Source: Podarcis bocagei
Lineage: Eukaryota
Length of the DNA: 64,000 nucleotides
Reading direction: 5' to 3' (one strand)
NCBI GenBank assembly: GCA_964188305.1
Contig: OZ076886.1
A model generated the notes under the pieces. It did no database searches. It saw only the letters and a program-made list of their open reading frames with translations, and was not told the origin of the DNA. This document shows, in pieces, positions 24,101 through 38,500 of this stretch; positions within the stretch are counted from its first letter, which is position 1; every line of letters begins with the position of its first letter. The translations under genes were made by a program, and so were the position numbers.

Positions 24101-27100
24101 TTGACTCCAATTTTGGCCCACTACTTAAAGTTCATACCTGACCTTTGATCCCAATACAGTGGTACCTCTGGTTACGTACTTAATTCGTTCTGGAGGCCCG
24201 TTATTAACCTGAAACTGTTCTTAACCTGAAGCACCACTCTAGCTAATGGGGCCTCCTGCTGCTGCCGCGCCGCCGGAGCGCAATTTCTGTTCTCATCCTG
24301 AAGCAAAGTTCTTAACCCGAGGTAATATTTCTGGGTTAGCGGAGTCTGTAACCTGAAGGGTATGTAACCTGAGGTACCACTGTACTAGTGTTTGGAAGCA
24401 AGTTGCCTTAAGGGTAGATAAACACCTCCTTGCAGGATCCTTATTTTCCAGCAGTACTTTAAGCCAGAGATTCAAACTGAATGCTTGTAGCTGTCTATAT
24501 ATAACTCCATTAGATTTTTAATACTATCAATTTTATTAAACTTTATCCAGAATAACCCAAGAAAAATAAATATTGCAAGTTTCACAAAAGCAAGAAGAGC
24601 ATGCACGCTGCTATATGTATAAATTGAGGTCCACAATGCATATTCCAATAACTTCAAAATAGCTTCTGTCTTCATTGGCCTAAATAGCTCTATCCTTACC
24701 ATTATTTATCCATAGATAATAGGTGTTTATCAGTCGTTACAACTTCATTATTTATTGTTTTACCATGAATTTACAATTCTTGTTGCTCCTAATAGATTTT
24801 GGATCAGATATATTTACTGGAAATATATTACTTACAATATCCCAATAATTAATCAATATATAGGTTAATTGACCATGCTCTTAACACCGTCCCTCAACAT
24901 GCTTTAATACCCATATGCTTCAATTATCATGCATTGCCTTGTGTTTATAAGCCACTATCCTGACCACATCTTTTCCAGTATTTGCTACTAAACTTTTTAT
25001 CCACTGTAAAGTCAATTAACACTCAAATTAATTATTTTAACTCCCTTAAGATGAGGAAAGTGGCTGACACTGATAAAGGCATATATATTCCTTCATCTTG
25101 AGCATCTTTCCCAATTTACAACCTCACTTGAGGATAATTGAATTCAAAATGATATATTATTCCTTTATCCACCTTCCTGAGTAATAGGTTTGCAACATTG
25201 GAAGAGGTATGAAAACATCATTGTTTTCCTAAACAAAAACATCAGATTTTATGAAAGTTGATGAGGAAGTTGTTTCTCATCAGTTTTTCTAATACCTTTT
25301 CATATATAGATGATCCAATTTATAATCTTGTTTTTCCACATTTCTGAGAATTCTCCCAGGAACTGGGGAAATCTAATTACTGTGTTGGTTTTCACTTTCA
25401 TGAAACCGCAGGCAGTTCCCTTCTCCGTGTGTGAAAAATCACGTGAACTGGGAAGTCCCTGGTTAAAATCCCCTTCTGCCATGAAGGTGTTGTTGGCCTT
25501 AGGTGTGCCTGTATTCCCTCTGCTTCAGTTTTCTCCCTGTGATATGGCCATAATACTGCTCCATCTGTAGTAGAGATTACAGAGCAGGATATAAAGTATG
25601 CTCTAAAAATGCTATTATTAACAAGCAGACACTCATGGTTTTCTATCTTGTCTTAAAAAGGTGGTTTTCTAAAACGAATTGCATAGCCAGTGTGACCAAG
25701 TGATTAGAAAGTTGAACTTGGACTGGATTTCAAATCCTTAGTAAATCATGGTTGGCCTTGTCCAAGTTGCAATCTGTTTTCTCCCTCTCTTTAGAAGGGT
25801 AGTATTAAAGACGAGTCTCATTTTGCAAATTAATAGTGCTCTAGAGCATGTAAGTGATCCTGCGATCCTAGCTGAGAGTATTGTGGGGGTGAGGCTGCTG
25901 AGTTGGATGCTAAGCAACAGATGTTTCTCCCGATTCATAAATTGCAGACCCAGGGACAGGAGATCTTTATGAAATGGATACATCCGAGCTGGTGAGTGGC
26001 AAATCTCCTCTGGAAGACCCTCCTGACATCTCTGCCCTGGATTGTCCTGGCAGCCCCTCTCTCAACCCTTCCGACTCATTCAGTCTATTGGCGGATGACA
26101 GCCAGCCTGACACTTCAATTTTTGGAAATGCCAGTTTGGCGCCTGTTCTTGAAGAGTCTGTTCTGCAAGGTGAGAAAGGACTACAGGTTCTAAGAGATAT
26201 AGCTGCCCCTTTGTTTAGAGGAATATTGAACTATAAATTTTATGGTTTGACTCTTCTGGGTTGTAACGAAAGAAATCTAGAGTCCTGGTGGGCTGTGTTC
26301 TAGTAATAAATTATCTTGTAATTATTGGCAACATTGTAGCATATGTTCACTTGAAGACGTATAAATGAAGGGTTATACAGCGATTATGTTTTTGTTTTGG
26401 TATAGATGGGGATTAAATTTCTTCCATTGTCTGAGGATAATCATAATCTTAACTTCATAATGTCCTGGAGGGGGGTGCTGTGATAATGCCCAGTAGATTG
26501 TTATTAAACTGTACTGAGATATATTAGCCATTATTGAAGAGGCTGTATATCTACTTTTTGAGGTGCATGTAGACTTTGCATCTCATAGCAACCACAGTAT
26601 AGAATGGAAAATGTGTGCTAACCCTTGAGTAACTTCAGTATAGATGATAAGGAATTGGTTAAATTTGGAATGCATAGATGACTTGTCTCTTTTATATACA
26701 GTGGTACCTCGCAAGACGAATGCCTCGCAAGACGAAATACGCGCAAGACAAAAGAGTTTTCCGTTTTTTGAGTCGTTCCGCAAGACAAATTTCCCTATGG
26801 GCTTGCTTCGCAAGATGAAACGTCTTGCGAGTTCTTGCGAGTTTGTTTCCTTTTTCTTAAAGCCGCTAAACCGTTAATAGCCGCTAAGCCGTTAATAGCC
26901 GTGCTTCACAAGATGAAAAAACCGCAAGACAAAGAGACTCGCGGAACGGATTAATTTCGTCTTGCGAGGCACCACTGTACTGTGAGGCCTTCAGTTTTCT
27001 CCCCTCCTTTCCTTGAAGTCTGCTTGGAAGTGTCTTAAACAATGCACAGTAGGGAAAACTATGCTGGGAAAAGAACACATAGCCAAGGCAGGATTAAACC

Positions 27101-30100
27101 CTGACCTCCTGCCCATCGGCTGATGTCACCAGTGTCATCAGTTGATGGATGGGTTGGCACAAGTCAAATTGGACCCCCTAATGGGCCAAGATTGACCCAC
27201 AGGCCAGGGGTTCCAAACCCTGACTTAGCGCAAAGTGAGTAAATTATGTGAGTACTCTTTAAGTGTGTAGGTAGATGTATAACTAAGTACTGTTAACCCC
27301 TACTCTTCTTCATCTGTTCGCTTTTCTAGATTATAATTATTTTCCTCTCTGCATCCCCATTTACCTGTTTTTGCCTTCTTTGCTGCAGACAGCAGCCTGG
27401 AGTTAACAGCTGTGAGTGAAGTAGGACAAGAGGGCACAGAATTTCTGGATTCACAAGCAGCACTTGAACCAGAAGCTCTAGATACCCCCTTGGAAGAGGT
27501 AACCAAGAGCAGTTGCCCAGAAGACTCCACATCCATGATAGAGGGGGACAGTAAAGAGGCCTCAACATTCAGTGTATCAGCAAAAAGTAAGTAGACCCAT
27601 TTCCTGAAGACCTCTCAGCTGCCTAGACTGCATTTTAAAACATTAGCCGGTGCTTGTTAGTGTTGGTAACAGTAGTTCTTTCTGCTCAGGTGATGTTCCA
27701 AGAAGGCGGATAGCTACAGCAGAAGAGGTGCGGTACCCCTTAAAGCATGGGTAGGTAGCATCATCTGCTTGGTGGGGTGGGTTTCTGTCTTGTAAAAGGT
27801 GCTGATCAAGGCATGATGCCTTGCATTGGACAGTGCATGTATCTAGTCTTTAACAGGCCATCTTTATGTTTAGGTGGCGAAGGGAGGTGTATATCAAGAA
27901 GGGAAGCAGCCGTTGGCAGGGAGAAACCTGGTACTATGGGCCCTGTGGCAAGAGGATGAAGCAGTTTCCAGAGGTGATAAAGGTAAAGTGTAGTTCTCAG
28001 GGGGGAATTGGTGGTGATTTGAGCTCTTCTGGGAGCCACTTTTCCCTAGACACAGTTCCTGTTTCTTCATTCAAGGGCAAAGAGACCTTCTACAGGAGTG
28101 GATTCACTTGCCTTTGAAATCCTATAATTGTTTTTATAGTTAATCTCTCCGGTACGTTTCATGGGAAGTGAGTCATAAATAAAGCAAAATAATCATTTGA
28201 TGTAACTACCCGGACTCTGGTTTTTACTGTGCCACAGTGGTAGAGGAAGACAGGATGCTGAGTTGCTATGGGATTCTTCTTGCCTTGGATCTGATGGAGG
28301 CAGTCAGCCCTGCGGAGCAGCAGTTTGATATTGAGATGATATTTGTAGTGACAGTTGATAAACTTTTGTCATTTATACCGTATGGAGCAGAGGTTTCCAA
28401 CCTTTTTGAGGCCATGGCTCCCTTGACCAACTATATTCTTTTTGTGGCACTCCCGTGTGGCTCAGAAGCCCAGTTATGTGACTCCTTGCCTGCAGAGCTG
28501 ACAGCCTTTTTTGTACACATTCCCTTGTGGAGTGTTCCCTCAGGCTCTTCTCCTCACCCCTTTCCTTGGGAGTCCTCCAGGCAGCCCCTGCCCCTGGTCT
28601 CTGAGCTGCCCCACCCCACCCCAAAGAGAGGTGCCTCCTCACATTGCCCCACAGGGGCCTGGGACTTGTCTGCCCATTCCCAACAGCAAGGGCTGGCTGG
28701 CTGGCTGGGCTCCCCTGCCAACTTGCTTGCTTACTCCGAGGCCGCCTCAGCTCCAGGCAACCAGCACCCCCTGGCCAGACCCAGAGGCACCATTCGCCTT
28801 CTGAACTTGTAGCCAGGGCTGATGCAGCAAACAGCCATACAAGCCTTTGGGAGGCAGAGATGTGAGAAAGCATCAGAGGAGGGAGGGAAGGAAAGAGGGA
28901 CAGAGGCCAGTGTTGCCCGCGGCATCCCTGACCATCATTCAAGGCACACCAGGGTGCCACGGCGTACTGGTTGAAAACCACTGGTATAGAGAACTGTTTG
29001 GAAAGCAAAGTAGTATGGGGATCAGCACTACTTGACTATCTCTCTTTGTTATTGTTCAGTGGTCCTGCATCTCAGATAGCCTATGACTCTTCAATCTCTT
29101 CCCCTGCCCCCTGCTTCAAGCCTTGTTACTTCCTCTCAGACATGACTCACGGTAGTCACTCCCATTTCCTTCACTTGGAGCTTGGGAACTATTAATTGTG
29201 ATGAATGTGATTTCTGCTTTAGAGCATCAATCCAGAAATCAGCTTCACCCTCTTCAGATTCTTTCTACCAGACAACAAGTGGCCTTATTTGTTAATGCAT
29301 TAGCCCTTTCATTAGGCAACACCCAGCATGAATTTCTTGGGTGTGTTTTCGTTCTCAAGATGGATTCACCAAGTGTTGGTGTCCACCTCAGAGAGCCCCT
29401 CCCTAGTAAGAGACTAGATGCTACACAGTATCTGATCAGCTCATATTTTGGTCATTTACTTCCCTTCCAGTATCTGAGCAGAAACATTGTGCAGAATGTC
29501 TGTCGTGAACACTTCAGCTTCAGTCCTCGAATGCCAGTAGGAGACTTCTTTGAAGAGCGAGATACACCCCAGGTTAGTAATGATGTTAGTCCAGGAGTTT
29601 GCTAGGGATCACTGGCACCAATCTTGTTTACAGCTGTCTGTAGGTGATCATGTGCTTCAGGGGAAGCAATACAAATGAAGTTTTATAAGGCGCAAGATGT
29701 TTCTGTGCCTATTATCAGTTTCATAACTGTGACACAAGGACTGCATAGCTCCATTCTCCAATTCCTGTGACATCATTTCAAAACCAGGTCCTGTGCCATC
29801 ATAGGGCCTTGGCACTATGGGTTGGTAAACTGTGAAGAGTTTGCCAACCTCTTCCCTACCTCATAATCCCTTTCTTGACATCAGTTAGAATCTGTGTTCA
29901 GGAATGACTGAACTTACTGGGGTGTACAGGAAGCACCACTGGGAAGCATCACTTTTCCTTGCAGGAGGAAAATCTGAAAACCTCTGCACCAGTTGAAGTT
30001 GCTAGAGATTGGGAGGGTTCTATTTCTGTATCACTTTCTTTCTTTCACAGGGCCTGCAGTGGGTGCAGCTGACGCCTGAGGAAATTCCTTCCCGGATCCA

Positions 30101-33100
30101 GGCCATCACAGGCAAACGTGGCCGACCCCGCAATACTGAGAAAGCCAAGGCCAAGGAAATGCCCAAGGTGAAACGTGGCCGTGGCCGTCCTCCCAAAGTG
30201 AAAGTGCCTGACCTGCTGAGCAAGATGGATGCCAGGGTTCTGAAAAGACTGGAAGCCCAAGGTACCAGCTGGACAAGCCCTTTCTGCATGCCGGGAGCTT
30301 TCACAAGAAAGAGCTTTAGTTTGTGGCAGGAGTTGTTTGTCAGTCTCTGGAGGCAGGGCTGTTCATTCTGTGTGCCAAGAAAATTCAATTTTTGCTCTCA
30401 AAACTAAAGCATATATCAACAAGATGCATGCAAATCTGCTTATTTTACATCAATCTCCATTTGCATGCCTTTTCTGGAAACTAATGTTTGAGTTTTTGCA
30501 AAATTTGGAATTTCTTGTCAAGGAGCGGTGTGGCAGCAGGAAGAGAGAAACGGATAAGCAAGGGGCAGTAAAAGTATATAGGTAAGAGAACATGACTGGA
30601 GACTGAGGGGAGGGGCAGGTAGCTAAACATGGCATAAAAGCTCTGCCCTAGAGGATTGGAAGCACTTGCAGACATTGTCTTCCTAGCTTTCTTTGTGTCT
30701 CCACAGCAATGAGGGATAAAAACTTGTGCTTTATATATATATATATTTTAAAGACTAGCTGAGAGTTTCAGGAGTAGAAATATGACTAGAATTCTATGTG
30801 GGTTGCACGCAAGCAATCTTTAAACAGATTGGTCAATCCTGGTGCATCATGAGTAGCTTCCAGTCAGCATTGGCTAACCTTTTCCTAACCCTTTGAGAGC
30901 TGCATGCCAGCAGTGGATGTGATCAGAAGTGTGCGTGGCCAAGTTACACATGTGCGTTCACACAAACGTACACACACTCAGCATGCATACACATTCAGAC
31001 CTACTCCTCGCCCCAACACACATTCAGGCAGACAGATAGATAAACAGACAGGTTCTCTGAGTGGCAGTACGGCTGCGGGGGGTGGCAGGGAGAGGAAAAT
31101 GCTCTCTCTACTTACCTTTCAAAGACATGGGTTATGGCTAGCAAGAAACGGGAAGGAGCACTGCTGCTTTCCTGAACACACACCTCCCATCTATAGCAGT
31201 GTGCCTGAGAGAGAAGTGGTGACTTTCAGGGGTGAGAAATGATTTGGTGATTCCTGTCAACTGTATCTGTACAGTTGAAAAAACTCTAAAGAGAACATGT
31301 TGGTTTATGTCTTATCTTGGGATCTTATGTAGACTGATAGCACAGCAGGTAGTAATGAGAGATTTTGTGGTTATGGATGCTCATTCAGGGTTGCAGTCAT
31401 TAATAGGCATTTTTGGAGAAGGATATAAAACTTTAACAATTGAGATAGAGACACACTCCCCTTTTGTGTATCTTAGGAACATCACCCTAAGTCTACATCT
31501 TTTGGAGAAGTGGTACCTTATGTAAAGCAGCCTTACCCCACCTAGTGCCCTTCAGATGTTGTTTGACAACAGCTCTTCTAATTCCTGATCATGGATGGAG
31601 TTTTGCTCCCAAAATCTGGAGGGCACCAACTTTGGGAAGCCTGCTATAAAGCACAAGGATACTATTAGGTATGGAATGGCGGGCTGTTCTAGTCTCACAT
31701 TTTTTTTAAATTCCCTCATTCTCCGTTTGTATTTGCAGAGGTACTCAGTGATGAAGATAAGCTGAAGATGAGCAAGATCAAAAAGAAAATGAGGCAAAAG
31801 GTACATACAGTAGAATAGGACAGTGTATTCTTGGTGGGAAGGGGTCACAGTATTCTCTCCCTATGCAAGAGGGGGATGCTTTTGGGATTAAAGGAGCATT
31901 TCCCAAGCTGAAGGGGTGAGGTGGGGGGGTGATGAGAGCTTCCTTCTTTGGTTGCCAATAAGGATATGTGTGTACCCCAAGACAAACATTCCACATTGTG
32001 CACCCAAGTCTGGAATATGTCCAAGTCAGTTGGCATAAGACTGCTTTCACATTTTAAAAGGATGGATTTATTTATTTTTTGGCAAAGGATTTGAATTGCA
32101 TAGTGGAATGCAGAAAAAAATTTACATGGGTTTGTATTTTAGGGACAGGAAAGCAAGGAATAAGTTTCCCACTGCTTGTGTGCTAATTCGGTGCGATTCT
32201 AGGCATTTCTCTACAGCCATGAGGGATAGAAGCATTTACTCACAGCTGAGTTGCTCAGAATGCCAAATCCCACCATTGATTGTGTGGTGAATCTAAGCAG
32301 TATGTGAATGTATGCTACCCTAGTTAGCTGTGGAGCGGGGCATTAAGGGTCTGTCCCTTGGGCTTGGCTGGAAGCTCCAGCTGGTGCAAAATGTTGTGGC
32401 TAATCTCTTGGTGGGGACACACTACCAGTTCATAATTGCAGCCCTTAAAAGTTTGCACTGACTGCTTGTATATTTCTGGGCAAGTTTAAGGTTCTTTTAT
32501 TAATTTCCAAGGCCCTTAACAATTTGAGTCCTGGATACTTGAAGGACAGCCTGATTCCTTATATCCCTGCCTGATCACAAGATAAGCAGGGGAGTCTCTG
32601 TTATTGATCCCTCCTGGCTCAGCTGGTATCCACTAGGAGCCATGTTTATTGTGGGCCCAATTCTATGGAGTCCCATCCTAGCTGAGATCAGACAAGCCCC
32701 CTCTCTGTTGAACTTACAGGTTCTTGACAAAGAGCTTTCTATTCAATTAGATATTTTAAGTAAGTTGTGTGAGACTTCTTTTAGGTTTGTACCTGTGGAT
32801 TTTACTGTTTAAAACACCTGTTTTATTATTTGACTGATGTGTTGTCAATGCAGTGGTGCATTTCTTTATTGCTTTGTAAAGCACTTGGAAACCACATATA
32901 TAGTGAAAAACAGTCTATAAATATTGAAAATAAATTAATGAAAGATAGGAAAAGAATCTCCTAGTTAAGCCGAAAAGCAGTCAAACTTTAATTGATAGAT
33001 GTTCCTAGTAAATGTTTTGGGAGCTACTACTGTAAAGACAGAGCAGTGGCTTTCCCCTTCCCCTTAGGTTTCTTTTTGAGTGGATTCTCTCCTTGACATA

Positions 33101-35523
33101 ATTCCTCATGCTTATTTTTTCCCATAGGTGCAAAATAAGCAGAGGCAAGAGGCCAAGGCACTCAAGCCCAAAGAGGTCAAGGCCAAGGAAGTAAAAAAGA
33201 AGCCGAAGGTGGGTCAGGAATGGCCCTTTGAAAAGTTGGAAGGTTGGCAGGTCCTGAATAATTGCATGTAAACCTTGCCATGTCTCTCCTCCTCTCCAGA
33301 TAAAGAAGGAAAAGAACAAGCCAGAAAAGAGTAAGCCAGAGAAGCCGAAGGAGAAGGCAAAGCTGAAAGAAAAAGTGAAGCCCAAGGAAAAAAAGCTGCC
33401 AGTACCAGCCAAGGTTCCCCGAAAGGTGGATAAGAATCTTCTAGCTCGGCGTCAGGAAGAACGACAGCGGCAGCAAATGATTCTGGAGGAAATGAAGAAG
33501 CCCACTGAAGATATGTGTCTAGGGGACCACCAGGTGCATAGAATTGCTTGGCTTTTTAGAGGTTGGGAGACAGCCCCCTATTCCATTCGTTTGTTTATTT
33601 ATTTATTTAAATCCGTTTTTATTTTTTTAAAAAAATGTATTGTAAAACAAACAAATAAGCATGGAAAAGAACATATAGCGTCTCCACTTTCAATTCACCG
33701 TGTCTTTTTCACAGTTTGTTTATTTTCGGTATGAGATACTATTGTCATAGGCATTGGGAGGAAAGAGGGGAGAGAGATGGGGACATAATGATCTGATTGA
33801 ATCTTATTGGATAATGATCTATTGCATAATGCTTGTGCAGGGATTTTTGTGTCAGCCTCACGTGGGTAGGTCCTTTATAAAATTATTTATTTTTGTTGGC
33901 ATTGCGAGAGATTGGGGGGTCCGGAGGGAGGTTGGTTGGTTGCAGTATGGTTTGGACAATCTTACGAAAGTTGGGGTGGATTGGCATTAAGGGTAGAGAT
34001 GGGGGAAGAAGAGTCATGGGCAAAGGTGGGTAGAGAAAGCTGTGTAGGTAGTTGAAGCCCTGCCAACTGATGAAGGAAGCCCTAAGCATCTCCTTATCTT
34101 CTAAACGTCTGCCAGACTATTAACTATCCTGTACAGCTTTGGATAGAATTACATTATACGTAAAAGCAGAGCCACTATTAAAGATAGCAGTTGAATGTTT
34201 AATTCCTACCTTCACCTCTTAATATCTAGAGGAGCTTGCCAGTGTTACAAAGTCACAGTATGGTATGTTTCTCTGCCGCATGCTAACAGTAGCAAATAAT
34301 GCAGCATAGAACAGTGCACTATGCCTATACCATGCTGTTCCAAATATTATGAAGGGGAAATTTTCAAGCCTGTAGCAGCTATGTGTTTATTGTAACATGA
34401 AAGTCCTCATCTCTTACCAAGACACTCCCGTCCAAGCAACACTATTTTGTTGTGTAGCATCAGCTTAGCGGGTCTTCTGGGTTTACCACAAAATGATATC
34501 TGGCACTGAAACTGAGGCGGCGACTCTGGCTCAGACATTAACATCTCAGGATGCCAGTTTTCTGCACCAGATTCCTTAATTGTACCAATACTAAACAAAC
34601 AATGCATTTTTGTTTAAATATGTGAACCTTTCAGTACTTTCCTATATTTGCTCAACTGAGACACTTGATTGTCTCACAACATTGTTCTGTCACCTATGGC
34701 CAATTATAAGATTTTAGCGTCTGATTTGGTGTTCTGTCATATATTTACTGGGTTGCTCATTTAGTTCTTCCACCAAAAGGCTAAGATTGTCTGAGCTATT
34801 TAGTTGTATCTCACTAAGACAGTAAAATATTTTTCTGTGGCATTTTAGTTCTCCTCTGTATCTATTCATGTTGCTGAATGGACTTGATCTGTCCTGGTGG
34901 AATTTAATATAGTTTGAGACAGGGAAATCTGGGCATCTGGCTTTCGAGGGCTGGCAGGCTTTCCACACTGGGAAAATGTTATGTGATTTTCTACCTTGTT
35001 AGACACTGTATATTATCAGCCTTTCGTGTGGCTGAGTTGCAGTATGAGCAGGGCTAGCTATTCTGCTAGATCACAAGTCTGTACTGATGCTCTCTACTGA
35101 TATTTTGTCTTTCCCAGCCTCTTCCAGAATTTTCTCGCATCCCTGGATTGGTTTTGCCCAGCCATGCTTTCTCAGACTGCTTAGCCATTGTGGAATTCCT
35201 ACACAACTATGGCAAGGTGCTGGGCTTTGATGTAGCCAGGGAGGTTCCCAGTCTGAGTACCCTGCAAGAGGGCCTCTTCAATGTAGGCGATAGTTTGGGT
35301 GAAGTGTTAGACCTCCTGGTGAAGCTGGTGAAGGCTGCACTGTATGATCCTGGCCTCCCTCCCTTCTGCCAGGTAAGCCCATGTATGTATGTTCTGGGTC
35401 ACATCAATCTGCATGTTTGAATATAAGAAATCATATGGACTGAAGTACTGGTGCGAAAAGGGAATGGGTTTGTATCCTGGTGCTTGCCGAATATTCTAAA
35501 TGCTATAATCAGAGCTGTGTGTT

Positions 35524-35596
<73 letters not shown>

Positions 35597-38500
35597 TAGA
35601 CAACCCCAATTTTGCACCAAGGAAAATTGAATACATTTGCACAATTTCTCTTATTTTTGCATATTCCGAGTTCACTATGAGGAAGGGCAGCAAACTGTGC
35701 AAAGCACTGAAACTCTGCCCCAAACACTGAGAATCTGTTTCAACAAGCCCTCTTTCTTCTGAGATGTTAGTAGGCATTGCCTACACACTTTTATGCAAAC
35801 GAAAAGCTCAGAAAGCTAGAAAAATGTTGTATATTTTTAATTGAAATGAAAGCTGAGCGTTTCAGGAAGCTGCACCCAATACCACATTATGCAAGTTTCC
35901 TGTTCTCCCGTGGAATTGTGGTATACATGCAGGCCTGACTATTGTGGTTTTTTTCCTGTATCTACTTTGTGAGTAGGATGTAGACTAGATTGCTGTCTGT
36001 GGAGGACAGGAAGAAGCATCATTGCCAGGGATCCTGGCTTGCTATAGCGGCAAGCCTGCTGCTAGTGGCAGACTATGGCTTGCAGTGCAGGTTCCTGAGA
36101 ATAGAATTTTTCATTTTATTTTATTTTTAAAAAAGAATGCTTCTAGCACTCAAGGTTTCAGGGAGAACTTAAAAGTTGCATGGAATTATCTGCTAAATAC
36201 TTTTATGAGAGGGAGCTTGGAGGGAGGCTTCATTGACCATGGTGTGAGATTTTGTTGCTCTTCATAGCTCTTTTCCTCCCCAGTGATCTATTTGCATCTG
36301 TTCTACTTATGGCCATCAGTTCTGTCTAGCCCTATGTAAACTTGTACTTTAAAGGGTCGAGGGAGGCAGCTTAATCAAAATTCTGCGCCAAGAAAAGATA
36401 AATTGTGTGCAGTCTAAAACCTGCAAATTGGACGTATTAGCACATTTGCCTGTTTCGCTTAGAACCATTGTTCTAACCGTGGGGCAGTCTCAATACATTA
36501 TGGACCCAACACATATTGCCAGCCATACTCTTGTTCTATTATTTTAAAAAACAGGACAGTTTAGAGTTGACATTAAGGTGGTGGAGGAGGCTAATTATCA
36601 CCCCATTGTCATGAACAGATCACTCCCTAGTGAGGTTTGGCTTGGTGGTAGTAGTTTTCTGAAAGAGTCTTGAATGCTGTGCAGGATGCTCCTGTTGGCA
36701 TGGCAGACACATCTTGATTATTGTCCTCTCCTTTCTCCTGCCAGTCGCTGAAGATCCTTGGCGAGAAACTCTCTGAGATAAGCCTGAACCGTGACACTGT
36801 GTCTGAGATCCTTCGCTGCTTCCTCATAGCCTATGGGGCAGATGAGAACCTATGTGACTGCTTGCGCACTAAACCCTTCCAGGCACTAGCCCCTGACAAA
36901 AAGGCTGCTGTGCTGGCCTTCCTCGTCAATGAACTTAACAGCAGTGCCCTTATCATCAAGTAAGTGGTGATAGCTCAGGCAAGTTGCTTAGTTGTGTCTC
37001 TCATGGCCATATGTATGTGACAGTCTGAGCTCATAATATGTAGATATGGATGGGGAGGCATCCTCCCCCATGGTGCTATCTTACTGTATTGAGCTGAGAG
37101 AGGAAAGCAAGCAGAGGAGCTGGATGGTTCAGCATATCTTAGATGTTTAGTGACCACAGTAAGATTCCAAGGCTGTAGGCAGGGACTACCTTGCTCATTG
37201 TTGATTTTATGCAAGCTGCACTGGGAGCATTTTTTGACCGAACATTGGTGTAAAAATGCTGTTAAATAAATAGATAAATGGTTTTGTGCACTCTAGCATG
37301 TGGCCACCCAGATTGCACCTGGACTTTGTGTAGAAAACGTGCTGAACAGAGAACAAATTGTTTTCTGGGAAGATACCACTGGGAACAACAGATTTCAATA
37401 GTCTTGGACGTCCAAATGTCCCTACATAAGCGTTACATGTCTGACTTAAAGAAATGAGTGGCTACCTTACTTTTCCGCTGGCAGATTATCTTGTAGACTG
37501 GACTGTGTATGTGTAATGGGGTGGGTAATGGATCTTGAATGAGCATTGTGCATATATTGATATTCCAATTCTCTGCAGTTGAACTCTTCCTGTCATATAC
37601 ACTCTACCCCACCCCACTTCTCTTTCTTATTTTTTGTTTAACTCTTGCAGTGAAATTGACAAGACCCTAGAGAACATGTCTAACCACAGGAGAAATAAAT
37701 GGATCATTGAAGGAAAGCTGCGCAGGTACATATCCCTGGATTTAGTTTTGACCCAGTGTAACCAGAAAGCTCAGTGGGCGTGGGAGGGGCACTTCGATGA
37801 AGAAGGCTGAGATCATTTCACTCTTATATTTATTTAAGTCAAGTAGCCTCTGGTGGTGTGGAATCTTACTGTGACTATAGGAGCCAAAGTGATTATTGAT
37901 TGCTTTATTTTCCACCTTCTTGGATTTACCAGAGGATTTCCCCTCTGGTTCTCCTCCCTTTGCTATGTGGGTCACCCAAGGAAATACCGTATTTTTCGCA
38001 CCATAGGACGCACTGGACAATAGGACGCACTTTGTTTTAGAGGGGGGAGAACAAGAAAAAAAATTCTCCCCCTCTCTGCCCAGCGCCCCTTCAGTGAAGC
38101 GGCAGGAGGCGCTGCACAGAGAGGGGGAGAACTTTCCCCCTCTTGTTTTCCCGCTCTAAAACAAGGTGCCGTTTAAGGTGCGTTCAGGCGGCCACCTTGG
38201 AAGCCTGGAGAGCGAGAGGGGTCGGTGTTCACTGACCCCTCTCGCTCTCCAGGCTTCAGGTTCCTTTCGACCTGCTCTTTAGCCCCGTGCACGCTCTCCC
38301 GGCTGGAGAGGTGACGTGCGGCTATGGCAGGAGCCTCTCCAGCCGAGAGAGGGTCGTGGGGCTATGGCTTCTTTAGTCCCGCGCGCGCTCTCCCGGCTGC
38401 AGAGGTGACGCGCGGCTATAGAAGCTCCTGCCATAGCCGCGCGTCACCTCTCCAGCCGGGAGAGGGTCGCGGGGTGCTTCTTTAGCCCCGCGCGCGCTCT

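Noticed and set aside
28237-29008. ORFs of 191 and 211 aa in intron 8
   Set aside because: They overlap a non-autonomous hAT element and show no transposase or other domain motifs.
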